A DNA stretch of 64,000 nt. Origin: an uncultured Bacilli bacterium (GTDB taxonomy: Bacteria; Bacillota_I; Bacilli_A; RFN20; CAG-631). Positions 9,230 through 18,505 of this stretch are shown here, piece after piece. The notes under the pieces were generated by a model. It searched no databases, was not told where the DNA came from, and was given only the letters and a program-made list of their open reading frames with translations. The first letter of the stretch is position 1, and each line of letters starts with the position of its first letter. The stretch is taken from contig CANQFQ010000002.1 of the NCBI GenBank assembly GCA_947599835.1, positions 35,402 to 99,401 of the forward strand. Direction: 5' to 3'. The position numbers were made by a program, and so were the translations under genes.

Positions 9230-10096
9230 TTAATTTGTTTTCTTTGCACTTTCTAACAAGGCATCCATGAATTGAAAAAATGGATGATATTCTTTTCTTA
9301 ATTCATGAATATCATTTTCATTAACTGGAGTTTTTAAATTAGGTTCAAAAGAAGCCTTTTGTTCATCAATAGCAAAATATAAACGATTATTCGATAAAAG
9401 GACAAACATTCTTAAGGCACACATTTTTTTTACTTTTCGTAAAGTTTCAATGAGTAATTTCACGAATGAAGAGATATCTGTGTTCGGCTGTGTACTAAAA
9501 AATTCAAAATATTCATCAAAATTATCATTTCCTGTTTTTATTAAATATTGATAAGGCGTATTTTTCATACGGGATAATTGGCTATCGTTATGTTTCTTTC
9601 TTTCGGCAATAAAAAGACTCGCCTTTTCATCAGTTTCGATAGGAATGGATAAAAGTTTCCCACAAAAATCATAATCTTTGATATAAACTTTATTCGTTTT
9701 GATTTCATTGAAAGAAATCACAGTGCCTAATTCAAAATTAATTCCTTTATAATTCGCCAAAAAATAATAATCAGTTACATAATCCTTTCCTAAAGGAATG
9801 ATTGGGTTTTCTTTAATAAATTCTTTAGTAAATCTAGATTTACTAAATTCTAATTCATCGATATAAGTGTGTAACGTTTCTTCTATAATGATTTTTTTAT
9901 ACGTTTTCATTAATGGAAAAATGCATAAGTTAGCGAATAAAACGAGTAAAACTACCGCAAGAAAAAAGAAAATTCCACCCAGTAACCATCCTAGAAAAAT
10001 GGAGGGAATTGCTCCGGCAGCTACAATAATGATGCATCCGATAATAGAAAAAGCCATAATTTTTTTTCTTGTTGATGAAAACCGTTTGAAATTCAT
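9230..10096 (-). CDS. hypothetical membrane protein (two N-terminal TM helices, cytoplasmic C-terminal domain)
   Basis: 288-aa ORF with RBS AAGGAG 5 nt upstream; hydrophobic stretches IIGCIIIVAAGAIPSIFLGWLLGGIFFFLAVVLLVLF; no recognised catalytic motif. Confidence 0.5.
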   Translation of the reverse strand: MNFKRFSSTRKKIMAFSIIGCIIIVAAGAIPSIFLGWLLGGIFFFLAVVLLVLFANLCIFPLMKTYKKIIIEETLHTYIDELEFSKSRFTKEFIKENPIIPLGKDYVTDYYFLANYKGINFELGTVISFNEIKTNKVYIKDYDFCGKLLSIPIETDEKASLFIAERKKHNDSQLSRMKNTPYQYLIKTGNDNFDEYFEFFSTQPNTDISSFVKLLIETLRKVKKMCALRMFVLLSNNRLYFAIDEQKASFEPNLKTPVNENDIHELRKEYHPFFQFMDALLESAKKTN

Positions 10097-10141
10097 AAAA
10101 TCGCTCCTTATTGCTTTATAATAAACAAGTTTATTATAAAA

Positions 10142-10999
10142 TTAATCTAGTATATTGTCAATTAATTGCTTAAACGGAGTAGATAGTGGAACTAAAGGAA
10201 GTCGTAATTGATTTAATATTAATTTATGCTTGTATAAAATATATTTAATCGGTGCTGGACTTGATTCTATGAATATAATTTCGGCTAAAGTTTGAATATA
10301 TTCATATAATGAGATATTTTCAAAATGATGTTCAAGATAATCATCAATGAGTTCATAAACTTCGTTGCCATAAAAATTGGTTAATACAGAAATAATTCCA
10401 TCCCCATGATTTTTAAAAACATCAAGAATATAGCGATCTTCACCCCCATAGACTAATAAATTTGGTAATTCTTTCTTGATTGAAGAAATATATTGAATAT
10501 TTGTGCTTGCATGTTTAATACCAATAATATTATTGCAATCATTATATAAACGGATTAAAGTAGGAATGTTGATTTCTACTCCACACCGCGAAAGAATATT
10601 ATAAAGAATAATTGGTTTTTTGCTGATTTCATCGATAGATTTAAAATGCATATAAAGGCCTTCTTGAGAAGGTTTGTTATAATATGGGCAGGTAATTAAA
10701 TAGGCATCTACCTCTGTTTCATTCAGTATTTTAATTTGTTTAATTGTTTCGGCTGTGTTATTTGTTCCGATTCCAGCGATAATTTTAGTATTCTTGTTGA
10801 CAATTCTTTTAGCAAAACTAAATAAACTCAGTTTTTCTTTAAAAGAAAGGGTCGGCGCTTCCCCAGTAGTACCGCAAACGACAAAGGCATCAGTATGTTC
10901 TTGTTCTAGTTTTTTTAAAAGTGTGCCAAATGCACGATAATCAATGTTTTTATTTTCATCAAAAGGTGTTACAATAGCTGTTATAATTTTTCCAAACAT
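10142..10999 (-). CDS. dapA: 4-hydroxy-tetrahydrodipicolinate synthase
   Basis: 285 aa; motifs GTTGE, PYYNKPSQEG, catalytic Lys context GIKHAS, C-terminal RLPLVPL, all matching DapA family. Confidence 0.85.
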   Translation of the reverse strand: MFGKIITAIVTPFDENKNIDYRAFGTLLKKLEQEHTDAFVVCGTTGEAPTLSFKEKLSLFSFAKRIVNKNTKIIAGIGTNNTAETIKQIKILNETEVDAYLITCPYYNKPSQEGLYMHFKSIDEISKKPIILYNILSRCGVEINIPTLIRLYNDCNNIIGIKHASTNIQYISSIKKELPNLLVYGGEDRYILDVFKNHGDGIISVLTNFYGNEVYELIDDYLEHHFENISLYEYIQTLAEIIFIESSPAPIKYILYKHKLILNQLRLPLVPLSTPFKQLIDNILD

Positions 11000-11000
11000 A

Positions 11001-11834
11001 TTATTCCCCCTTGAAATAATCTCGAATTTCTTTTTTGAAACTAGTGGCCAAATTTTCCCCTATCAGTTTGACATATTTTTGACTAATGAATGTATATGGA
11101 AAAATAATTTTTCTATTTTTCATTTCTTTCATTTCTTCTTTATAATCTATGTAATAAATATTTTGAATATCATTTCTTTTAAATAATTTATTAAAAAATG
11201 AATCTTCAATGATTACATTATCAAACTGAATCGGTGAAGTGTTTATTTCTTCTTTTAATAAGATGCCATAACCATCTTCTTTTGCCTCAAGTAAGGATTG
11301 TAGTAAGGTATCACTTACAATCACAATCATTCGATTGGCGGTTAAAGTTTCACATAAAACTTTTGCATGATCATTATAACCAAGAATCAAAGTTTTTTGT
11401 TGATATAGTAATTTTGAGTTATCTTCAATTAATTGTTTGATTAATAAGTCACTTAAGGCAATTTTACTTGTAATATAAAAAGGTGAAATATTTGAAAAAT
11501 TAAAATGTGTAATATTGTATTTATCGATAAAATATTCCATGCGATCATTCGTATTTATTGTAAACCATAATGCATGTTGATGCGTTTTAAACACACTCTC
11601 ATCTAATGTTTTAAACCCATCTTTTAGATAAATTTTTTGATCTATTTGTTGCAAATCCAATAAAATAATGGCATCGACGAAATGATGTTCTAAAATAAGA
11701 TCACTAGCGGTAATTTTTTCAACATCTAATGCTTTTCCATAATCATTATTTTCCACTTTAATATCACAAAAGTCTTTGAGGTGTTCCACAAGATAAGGCA
11801 AGATGGGGCTATTTCCCAAAATATAAATTTTCAT
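11001..11834 (-). CDS. dipicolinate synthase subunit A (DpaA/SpoVFA)-like protein, divergent and lacking Gly-rich NAD motif
   Basis: 277 aa, collinear similarity to SpoVFA architecture by recall (MKIYILGN…, …KTLILGYNDHAKVLCETL… in place of GLGRTG); 1-nt gap to dapA as in spoVF-dapA operons; assignment tentative. Confidence 0.35.
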   Translation of the reverse strand: MKIYILGNSPILPYLVEHLKDFCDIKVENNDYGKALDVEKITASDLILEHHFVDAIILLDLQQIDQKIYLKDGFKTLDESVFKTHQHALWFTINTNDRMEYFIDKYNITHFNFSNISPFYITSKIALSDLLIKQLIEDNSKLLYQQKTLILGYNDHAKVLCETLTANRMIVIVSDTLLQSLLEAKEDGYGILLKEEINTSPIQFDNVIIEDSFFNKLFKRNDIQNIYYIDYKEEMKEMKNRKIIFPYTFISQKYVKLIGENLATSFKKEIRDYFKGE

Positions 11835-11884
11835 TGTATCCCTTCTTCACTGCTTTATACTATGCAAAATTTCTAAAAAGCGTT

Positions 11885-11912
11885 AAAAAAAAGAAGAGTA
11901 CGCTTCTTCTTT
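11885..11912 (-). terminator. weak Rho-independent terminator (minus strand) after small hypothetical gene
   Basis: AAGAAG…CTTCTT stem with short loop followed by T-run on minus strand; AT-rich. Confidence 0.3.
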
Positions 11913-12176
11913 TTATAAATGATATTTATTTTTTGTGATTTCTAAAAGTTTTAATAATTTTGGTTGACTTTCTTCGCCAAACGATTGTTTAACAAGTAAA
12001 ACGATCCGTTCATAATTGTTATGATTACATAAAACGAATTTATAATTTTGCTTAATAAATTCAACGGCTTTCGTAGCCTCTTCACAAGATAAAATGATGC
12101 CTTGATTGTAAGCATATTTTTGCATTGCATTTGGCGTCAAATAAGTTAGATAATTTTCAATCATTTCTTTAAACAA
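11913..12176 (-). CDS. small hypothetical cytoplasmic protein
   Basis: ORF conserved in frame; start uncertain (GTG 12185 inside GAGGTGG RBS, TTG 12176 with 5-nt spacing, or ATG 12164). Confidence 0.4.
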   Translation of the reverse strand: MFKEMIENYLTYLTPNAMQKYAYNQGIILSCEEATKAVEFIKQNYKFVLCNHNNYERIVLLVKQSFGEESQPKLLKLLEITKNKYHL

Positions 12177-12231
12177 AATACCCACCTCTTATATTAATAA
12201 CATATGAAATGATTAAAAAATTATGTGGGCA

Positions 12232-13284
12232 TTAAAATGAATAGGCATCGATGGCTTGCATCAATTCTTGGATAATTTCTTCTTCATGAATTTGCTTAAT
12301 AATTTGACCATGTTGAAACAAAACGGCCATTCCTTTTCCTCCGGCAATGCCAATATCTGCTTCTTTAGCCTCTCCAGGACCATTGACCACACAGCCCATG
12401 AGAGCAACTTTAATTGGCTTATTGATTTGATAAAGATAATCCTCAATGATAGGCACATATTTTAAAAGATTAATTTGTGTTCTGCCACAGGTTGGACAAC
12501 TAATTAATTTCGGCATAGTGATCAAATGATTGGCCATAAGAATTTGTTTTGCGACTTTAATTTCATTGACGGGATTGTCACTTAATGATACGCGCAGAGT
12601 ATCACCAATGCCTAAGGCGAGCAATTGATTTAAAACATAGCAAGATTGTACGGTTCCTTCAATTAAAGGCCCTGCTTCTGTCATTCCTAAATGAATGGGA
12701 TAAGGATAACGTGTTGCAGCTTTTTTATAGGTTTCCAAACAAGTATCGATATCCGAAGATTTTAAAGAAATACAAATATCATAAAAGTTTAAATCCTCAA
12801 GAATTTTAATGTTTCGATCTAAACTTTCAATCATTTTATCGGCTAAAGAAAGTGAAGAAGCAGCTAAATCTTTTTCAAGAGAGCCACTATTTACACCAAT
12901 ACGAATAGGAATTTTTTTTGCTTGACAGGCATGAACGACTTTTTTAATGTTATCTAAAGAGCCAATATTTCCAGGATTGATTCGAATTTTATCCGCGCCA
13001 TAATCCATCGCAAGTAAAGCCAATTGATAATTAAAGTGGATATCAGCCACAAGTGGAATGTGAATCTGAGATTTTATTTTAGAAATGGCTTTAGCATCTT
13101 CTTCATCTAAAACGGCAACTCGAATTAATTGACAACCATATTTTTCAAGTTCAATAATTTGTTGTGTTGTTTTTTCTACATCTTTTGTTACAGTATTTGT
13201 CATGGATTGAATAATAATTGGATTTCCATTTCCCATGGTCAAATGACCAATTTGGATGGGTTTTGTTTGTTTTCTAGTAAACAT
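12232..13284 (-). CDS. ispG: 4-hydroxy-3-methylbut-2-en-1-yl diphosphate synthase (flavodoxin), MEP pathway
   Basis: TIM-barrel GcpE family with C-terminal CPTCGRT Fe-S motif; start reassigned to ATG 13284 (MFTRKQTKPIQIG…) with GAAGGG RBS; ORF-track N-terminal 23 aa extension unlikely. Confidence 0.88.
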   Translation of the reverse strand: MFTRKQTKPIQIGHLTMGNGNPIIIQSMTNTVTKDVEKTTQQIIELEKYGCQLIRVAVLDEEDAKAISKIKSQIHIPLVADIHFNYQLALLAMDYGADKIRINPGNIGSLDNIKKVVHACQAKKIPIRIGVNSGSLEKDLAASSLSLADKMIESLDRNIKILEDLNFYDICISLKSSDIDTCLETYKKAATRYPYPIHLGMTEAGPLIEGTVQSCYVLNQLLALGIGDTLRVSLSDNPVNEIKVAKQILMANHLITMPKLISCPTCGRTQINLLKYVPIIEDYLYQINKPIKVALMGCVVNGPGEAKEADIGIAGGKGMAVLFQHGQIIKQIHEEEIIQELMQAIDAYSF

Positions 13285-13393
13285 AATATCCCTTCTTCTT
13301 GTATAAAATATATCATAAAAAAAAGAATTTATAAACAGGAAAAGTATATCCATTTTTGTAAATTATAAGTTAAAGAAAAATGATTTTGAATCT

Positions 13394-13433
13394 TATAAAA
13401 AAAGCATGACTCCAATTGTTATGGAATCATGCT
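13394..13433 (-). terminator. Rho-independent terminator after kinase-like gene (minus strand)
   Basis: AGCATGA(C/T)TCC … GGAATCATGCT stem (10/11 bp) with 9-nt loop followed by T-run on minus strand. Confidence 0.5.
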
Positions 13434-13457
13434 AATGATTCAATATTTTAACTGATT

Positions 13458-14843
13458 TCAATTAATTTTTGGTAAACTTGCAGCAGCAATGGATTGACCT
13501 ACACGGCGATTCTTTTCATCGGGCATAGTTAAGTTAATATTTGCATATTCTGGAAATTCATTTTTAAGTACTTCTTTGGCCGTTTGTAAAATAATATTTC
13601 CACCCTTTCCGCTGGTTACGCGTCCTAAAAGTAAAATATGTTTAATTGCATAAAAGACACTATAATAAGCAATAGAATAACCTAAATAAGTTCCGATAGA
13701 TTCATATATTTTTTGTGCACGAGGATCATCTTGTTCAATTAATTTTTGAACAACTTTTAATTTTTCGGCTGGAGATAATGAACCATCAAGTTCAATGCCA
13801 GCAGCAGGTGCTAATTTAATAACTGAATCTTGAGAAAAATATTTTACACCACAGCCATAATCTAAAGACCATTCATCCACCATAGCATCTTGATTAAAAT
13901 CAACAGGTACAAAAGCAAGTTCATTTAACCATCCTGTTAAATTTCCGTTACTATCGACATATCCTGCGGCTTCACTCGTTCCCATAGCAATTCCTAAAAC
14001 GTTCGTATCTTTTAATTCCATAGCGCCAGCAAGTGCGGTTACATCTCCATCATTAGCAACTTCAAGAGGAATTGGGTGTCCCACTTCTTTTTCAAGTTGC
14101 TTAGCAATATCAATATACATCGTTTTCACATGTTTTTCGAATAATTCTTTATTGACTTTGACAAACAAAGAAGCAACCATAATTTTATTGTCAATATAAA
14201 CCCCCGCAGAACTAACACCAATGGCATCAATTTGATTATTCATTTTTTGGGCTGCAGTTTTCATTGCGGTATAGATGCCATCATAGTGATATTGCGGATT
14301 TTCTTGCGTTTTAGGAAACCAAACAACTTCTTCACTATATACCGTTTCACCATTGACAACAGCTGAAACTTTACGATCTGAACCCCCTGCGTCAAATCCA
14401 ATACGATTGCCTTCTAAATGGCCTCCTGCAGGAACCGAACTTTCTTTAACTTTTGGTAATTGATCGAAAGTACACTCCATAACTTCAAATGGCTTTTCAT
14501 ATACACCAGACATAAAATGAAAATCAAAATCCCGTAATCCGCCATCACGATAAGCATCTTTTATTTTGTTAAATAGCGTTTTTGATCCAGCGATATAAAT
14601 TTTATAACCACCAACGACCCAAAGCATGGATTTAATAATTCTTTCAACAATGAAAAAATTTCTTTCATCTGCGATACCATCTTGAAAAACATCTAAATCA
14701 AAACGATAAACATAGCCATTGTTTCTTTCCAAACAAATTGCCAAAGGCATCGATTTTTTGGAAGCTAAAACCTCTTTTTGAAAAGCTCTCAATTCTAAAA
14801 TAGCAGGTTGATAATTTTTATCTAAAATAGGAATATATTTCAT
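13458..14843 (-). CDS. ROK/BadF-like actin-fold ATPase (putative sugar kinase) with ~140-aa N-terminal extension
   Basis: phosphate-1 motif IGFDAGGSDRKVSAVV, ROK-like VANDGDVTALAGA motif, C-terminal glycine-rich GKGGNI; no ROK zinc CxCGxxGC motif. Confidence 0.5.
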   Translation of the reverse strand: MKYIPILDKNYQPAILELRAFQKEVLASKKSMPLAICLERNNGYVYRFDLDVFQDGIADERNFFIVERIIKSMLWVVGGYKIYIAGSKTLFNKIKDAYRDGGLRDFDFHFMSGVYEKPFEVMECTFDQLPKVKESSVPAGGHLEGNRIGFDAGGSDRKVSAVVNGETVYSEEVVWFPKTQENPQYHYDGIYTAMKTAAQKMNNQIDAIGVSSAGVYIDNKIMVASLFVKVNKELFEKHVKTMYIDIAKQLEKEVGHPIPLEVANDGDVTALAGAMELKDTNVLGIAMGTSEAAGYVDSNGNLTGWLNELAFVPVDFNQDAMVDEWSLDYGCGVKYFSQDSVIKLAPAAGIELDGSLSPAEKLKVVQKLIEQDDPRAQKIYESIGTYLGYSIAYYSVFYAIKHILLLGRVTSGKGGNIILQTAKEVLKNEFPEYANINLTMPDEKNRRVGQSIAAASLPKIN

Positions 14844-14904
14844 TTTTTAATTCTCCTTTTTCTACAATGTTTATTTTATCATAAATAAAATAAAATACAA
14901 TGGA

Positions 14905-16656
14905 TTATTCAGTGGTTAAATGACTGGATTGAAATTGACTGTAATATAATTTTTTGTAGAGTCCATTTTTTTGAAGTAAGCTATCATGGGTACCGATTTC
15001 GACAATTTTTCCAGATTTCATAACTAAAATTTTATCGGCACTTTGAATTGTCGAGAGGCGATGTGCAATCACAAAACTAGTTCTACCTTCTAAAATTTGA
15101 TCAAATGCTTGATTAATTTTAATTTCGGTTCGCGTATCAATATTGGAAGTGGCTTCGTCTAAAATAATCACTTCAGGTAAGCAAAGCATAATTCTAGCAA
15201 TCGTTAACAATTGTTTTTCACCTTGTGAAAGGCCACTATTTTGGCTGATAATCGTATCGTAGCCTTGAGGTAATCGTTTGATAAAAGAATGGGCGTGCAC
15301 TTTTTTACAGGCTTCAATCACTTCTTCTTTGGTGGCATTTGGCATAGCATAGGCTACATTTTCATAAATCGTACCTTTAAATATCCAAGTGTCTTGTAAC
15401 ACCATTCCAAAATTTTTTCGCAAGGCATTTTTCGGTATTTCGTTAATATTGGTTTCGTTGATATAAATTCCTCCGGATTGAACATCATAAAAACGCATTA
15501 ATAAATTAATGATTGTTGTTTTACCACATCCAGTAGGACCCACAATCGCTATTTTTTGTCCTTTTTGGACACCTAAAGTGAAATCTTCAATCAATTTTTT
15601 GTTTTCATCATAAGAAAAATATACATGATCAAATTTTATCGTTTGGATTGGATGTTGAAGAATTATATTTCCTTGGTCTATTTCTTTATCAAGTTCAAGA
15701 ATTTCATTCACCCGTTTAAGACTTGATAATGCACTTTGTAATTCAGTTACAACCCCTGAAATTTCATTAAATGGTTTGGTGTATTGGTTGGCATAAGTCA
15801 AAAAAGAAGAAAGACCACCAATCGTGAGTAATGGGATAAAAGATTGATGATGTAACATGAGTAAAGCACCAATGATGCCAACTGCTGCATAAACTAAGCC
15901 ATTCACAAAACGAGTACATGGATTTGTAGTTGAAGATGCAAATTGGGCATTTTTACCCACCTCATATAGTTGATGATTATATTCTTTAAAGGTTGCTATT
16001 GCGATATTTTCATAACATAATCCTTGAACTTCTTTTTGATTTTCAATCATTTCTAAAACATAGGCACTTATTTGTCCTTTCAATTTTGCTTGTTTTTGAA
16101 AATAATGATGTGTTTTTCTAGAAATGAAAGTGGCAATAAATAAGGAAAGTGGCGTAATGATGACTACCACAATGGCAAGGATATAATTGACATAAATCAT
16201 TAATCCTAAGGTTACTAAAATGGTTACAATCCCCTTGTAAAATTGTTTAAATCCTTCAAGAAGACCGGTGCTAATTTGTTCAATATCAGCGACTTCACGA
16301 CTCACTAAATCACCATGAGGGTGACTATCGATATATTGAATTGAAGATTGTTGTAACTTTATAAATAAATCATTGCGTAATTCTTTAACCACTTTTTGTG
16401 TGATTTTAGAAAAGCATAATTCATAGAAATAATTGAAAATTGCTGCTAGCACAAGAAATACGGCAATCCAAATTAAATAATAGGTAATATTGTCGAACCA
16501 AACGTTGTTTTTATCGATCATTTGGTCAATCGCTTGTCCAATTAATATAGGTATAAATAACGTTAATGCTACGGATAAAAAGACAAATATAAAAGAAAAA
16601 ATGAGATACCAACGGCAAGGTGACAAGTATTTTTTTAATGCTCGTAAAGTTTTCAA
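14905..16656 (-). CDS. ABC exporter permease/ATP-binding protein (heterodimeric multidrug-type, subunit 2)
   Basis: 6-TM domain plus NBD (Walker A GPTGCGKTT, signature LSQGEKQ); start reassigned to TTG 16656 preceded by perfect GGAGG RBS and overlapping upstream stop as TTGA; ORF-track start 16710 is an over-extension. Confidence 0.85.
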   Translation of the reverse strand: MKTLRALKKYLSPCRWYLIFSFIFVFLSVALTLFIPILIGQAIDQMIDKNNVWFDNITYYLIWIAVFLVLAAIFNYFYELCFSKITQKVVKELRNDLFIKLQQSSIQYIDSHPHGDLVSREVADIEQISTGLLEGFKQFYKGIVTILVTLGLMIYVNYILAIVVVIITPLSLFIATFISRKTHHYFQKQAKLKGQISAYVLEMIENQKEVQGLCYENIAIATFKEYNHQLYEVGKNAQFASSTTNPCTRFVNGLVYAAVGIIGALLMLHHQSFIPLLTIGGLSSFLTYANQYTKPFNEISGVVTELQSALSSLKRVNEILELDKEIDQGNIILQHPIQTIKFDHVYFSYDENKKLIEDFTLGVQKGQKIAIVGPTGCGKTTIINLLMRFYDVQSGGIYINETNINEIPKNALRKNFGMVLQDTWIFKGTIYENVAYAMPNATKEEVIEACKKVHAHSFIKRLPQGYDTIISQNSGLSQGEKQLLTIARIMLCLPEVIILDEATSNIDTRTEIKINQAFDQILEGRTSFVIAHRLSTIQSADKILVMKSGKIVEIGTHDSLLQKNGLYKKLYYSQFQSSHLTTE

Positions 16657-18407
16657 TGGGTTTCGCCTCCTTTTTGTTGAGAATGATAAATTTCTTGATA
16701 GATTGGACAATTTTGTAACAATTCTTGATGCTTACCTATGCCCACAATCGTTCCATTATCGATAACAATAATTTGATTTGCATCCTTGATGGTTGTAGTC
16801 CGTTGTGAGGCAATGAAAATGGCTGGCTTATTTTTAAGCTTTTGTAAATTTTGTCTCACTTTTAAATCTGTGAGATAATCCAAGGCACTCGTAGCATCAT
16901 CCAAAATGAGTAATTGGCATGGATTTAATATGGCTCGTGCAATGCAAATTCGTTGCTTTTGACCGCCTGAAAAATTTTTCCCATTTTCTTCCACCAAATG
17001 ATCTAATTGATCTGGATAGAGATTAACAAACTCATCCGCACAAGCAAAGGCTAACGCATTCATAAGTTCTTGATCGCTGACCTTTTGATTTTTCATTTTT
17101 AAATTGGAACGTAATGTTCCTTTAAATAGCGTTGATTTTTGAAAGACAAGAGAAATTTGATTGCGGAGTTGTTCTATAGGAATATTTTTAATATTTATTC
17201 CATAAAAAAGAATCTCGCCTTGACTGACTTCATAAAAACGTTCAATCAGTTGAATAATCGTGGATTTTCCTGACCCAGTACCTCCAATGATTCCTACAAT
17301 TTCATTAGGCTGAATCGTAAAGGATATATTAGAAATAGCTTCATTATCACTCAAAGGATATTTAAAAGAAACATTTTTAAATTCAATTAAAGGTTGCTTA
17401 AAATCAAAATTAAACGAAGTGTTAGGGTTTTCTTTGATTGAAGATTTTAAATTAAATAATTGGTTGCAACGGTCCAATGAAGTTTTTGCTTTTGTAAAAA
17501 TCACAACAAGATTACTTACAACAATTAAAGCTAATAAAATTTGATTTAAATAATTGACTAATGCAATCACATTTCCTTGAGTTAAAGAACCAACATTAAT
17601 TTGAATTGCTCCAAAGTATAAAACAGCAAGAATTGCTAAATTAATGCAGGCAAAGGTTAAAGGATTTAACCATGAAGTGATTTTGGCAATTTTCACTGCT
17701 TCATCATGATAAAATTGCGTTGCTTTATTAAAGCGACTAATTTCATTTTCTTGCTTTACAAAAGATTTAATTACTCTTGCGCCGCTTAAGTTTTCCGAAG
17801 TTATTTTCGAGATTTCATCTAATTTTTTTTGTACTACTGGATAACGTTTAGCTGAGTGTTTCATGATAAGCCAAAGAATTAAACCAATAAGAGGAATAAT
17901 AAAAACAAAAATTAAGGCCACTTTGACATTAATAATAAATGCCATCACTAAACTACCTAAAACTAAAAAAGGTGCTCGTATAACTAAGCGAATAAACATG
18001 GCTACGGCAGTTTGTAATTGATCAATATCAGCCGTCATAATGGTAATCAAATTTGCTGATCCTAATTGATCTAATTCCTGAAACGAAAGCTGATTTATAT
18101 GACTAAACAATTCGTTTCGTAAGACCGTTCCGTACCCTTGTGAAGCTCGGGATGCAAAAAATTGACAAACTAGGGAACTACATAATCCTAAAACTCCTAA
18201 TCCAACAATGATGGCCCCCATTGTGAGAATATATTTTTCATTTCCACCAATAATCTTGCCACTTGCATCACTTATCAACCCTTTATCAATAATGAATGCC
18301 ATTATCATGGGGATGATTAATTCAAAAATGGCTTCGATTAATTTAAAAATCGGACCTAAAATTAATTGTTTTTTAAAAGGTTTTAAATATTTTAAGCATG
18401 GATTCAT
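16653..18407 (-). CDS. ABC exporter permease/ATP-binding protein (heterodimeric multidrug-type, subunit 1)
   Basis: 6-TM domain plus NBD (GGTGSGKST, LSGGQKQR); start ATG 18407 (MNPCLKYL…) with GGTGA RBS preferred over track TTG 18413. Confidence 0.85.
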   Translation of the reverse strand: MNPCLKYLKPFKKQLILGPIFKLIEAIFELIIPMIMAFIIDKGLISDASGKIIGGNEKYILTMGAIIVGLGVLGLCSSLVCQFFASRASQGYGTVLRNELFSHINQLSFQELDQLGSANLITIMTADIDQLQTAVAMFIRLVIRAPFLVLGSLVMAFIINVKVALIFVFIIPLIGLILWLIMKHSAKRYPVVQKKLDEISKITSENLSGARVIKSFVKQENEISRFNKATQFYHDEAVKIAKITSWLNPLTFACINLAILAVLYFGAIQINVGSLTQGNVIALVNYLNQILLALIVVSNLVVIFTKAKTSLDRCNQLFNLKSSIKENPNTSFNFDFKQPLIEFKNVSFKYPLSDNEAISNISFTIQPNEIVGIIGGTGSGKSTIIQLIERFYEVSQGEILFYGINIKNIPIEQLRNQISLVFQKSTLFKGTLRSNLKMKNQKVSDQELMNALAFACADEFVNLYPDQLDHLVEENGKNFSGGQKQRICIARAILNPCQLLILDDATSALDYLTDLKVRQNLQKLKNKPAIFIASQRTTTIKDANQIIVIDNGTIVGIGKHQELLQNCPIYQEIYHSQQKGGETH

Positions 18408-18435
18408 TTTCAATCACCATTATTATTATATAGAC

Positions 18436-18464
18436 TTGAAAACTATATTAAAAATATTTATAAT
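18436..18464 (+). promoter_or_regulatory. sigma-A promoter TTGAAA-17-TATAAT for lysR-type regulator, in divergent intergenic region
   Basis: TTGAAA 18436-18441, 17-nt spacer, TATAAT 18459-18464; RBS AGAGGTGA precedes ATG 18506. Confidence 0.5.
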
Positions 18465-18505
18465 ATATGCAAACTATACATAAAAAATATAGAGGTGATA
18501 CCTAA

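Noticed and set aside
11835-13300. Identical 12-mer GAAGAAGGGATA immediately upstream of both the dpaA-like and ispG start codons.
   Set aside because: Both copies are simply Shine-Dalgarno regions. An exact 12-mer coincidence in 128 kb of two-strand sequence is not statistically remarkable, so I do not call it a regulatory repeat.
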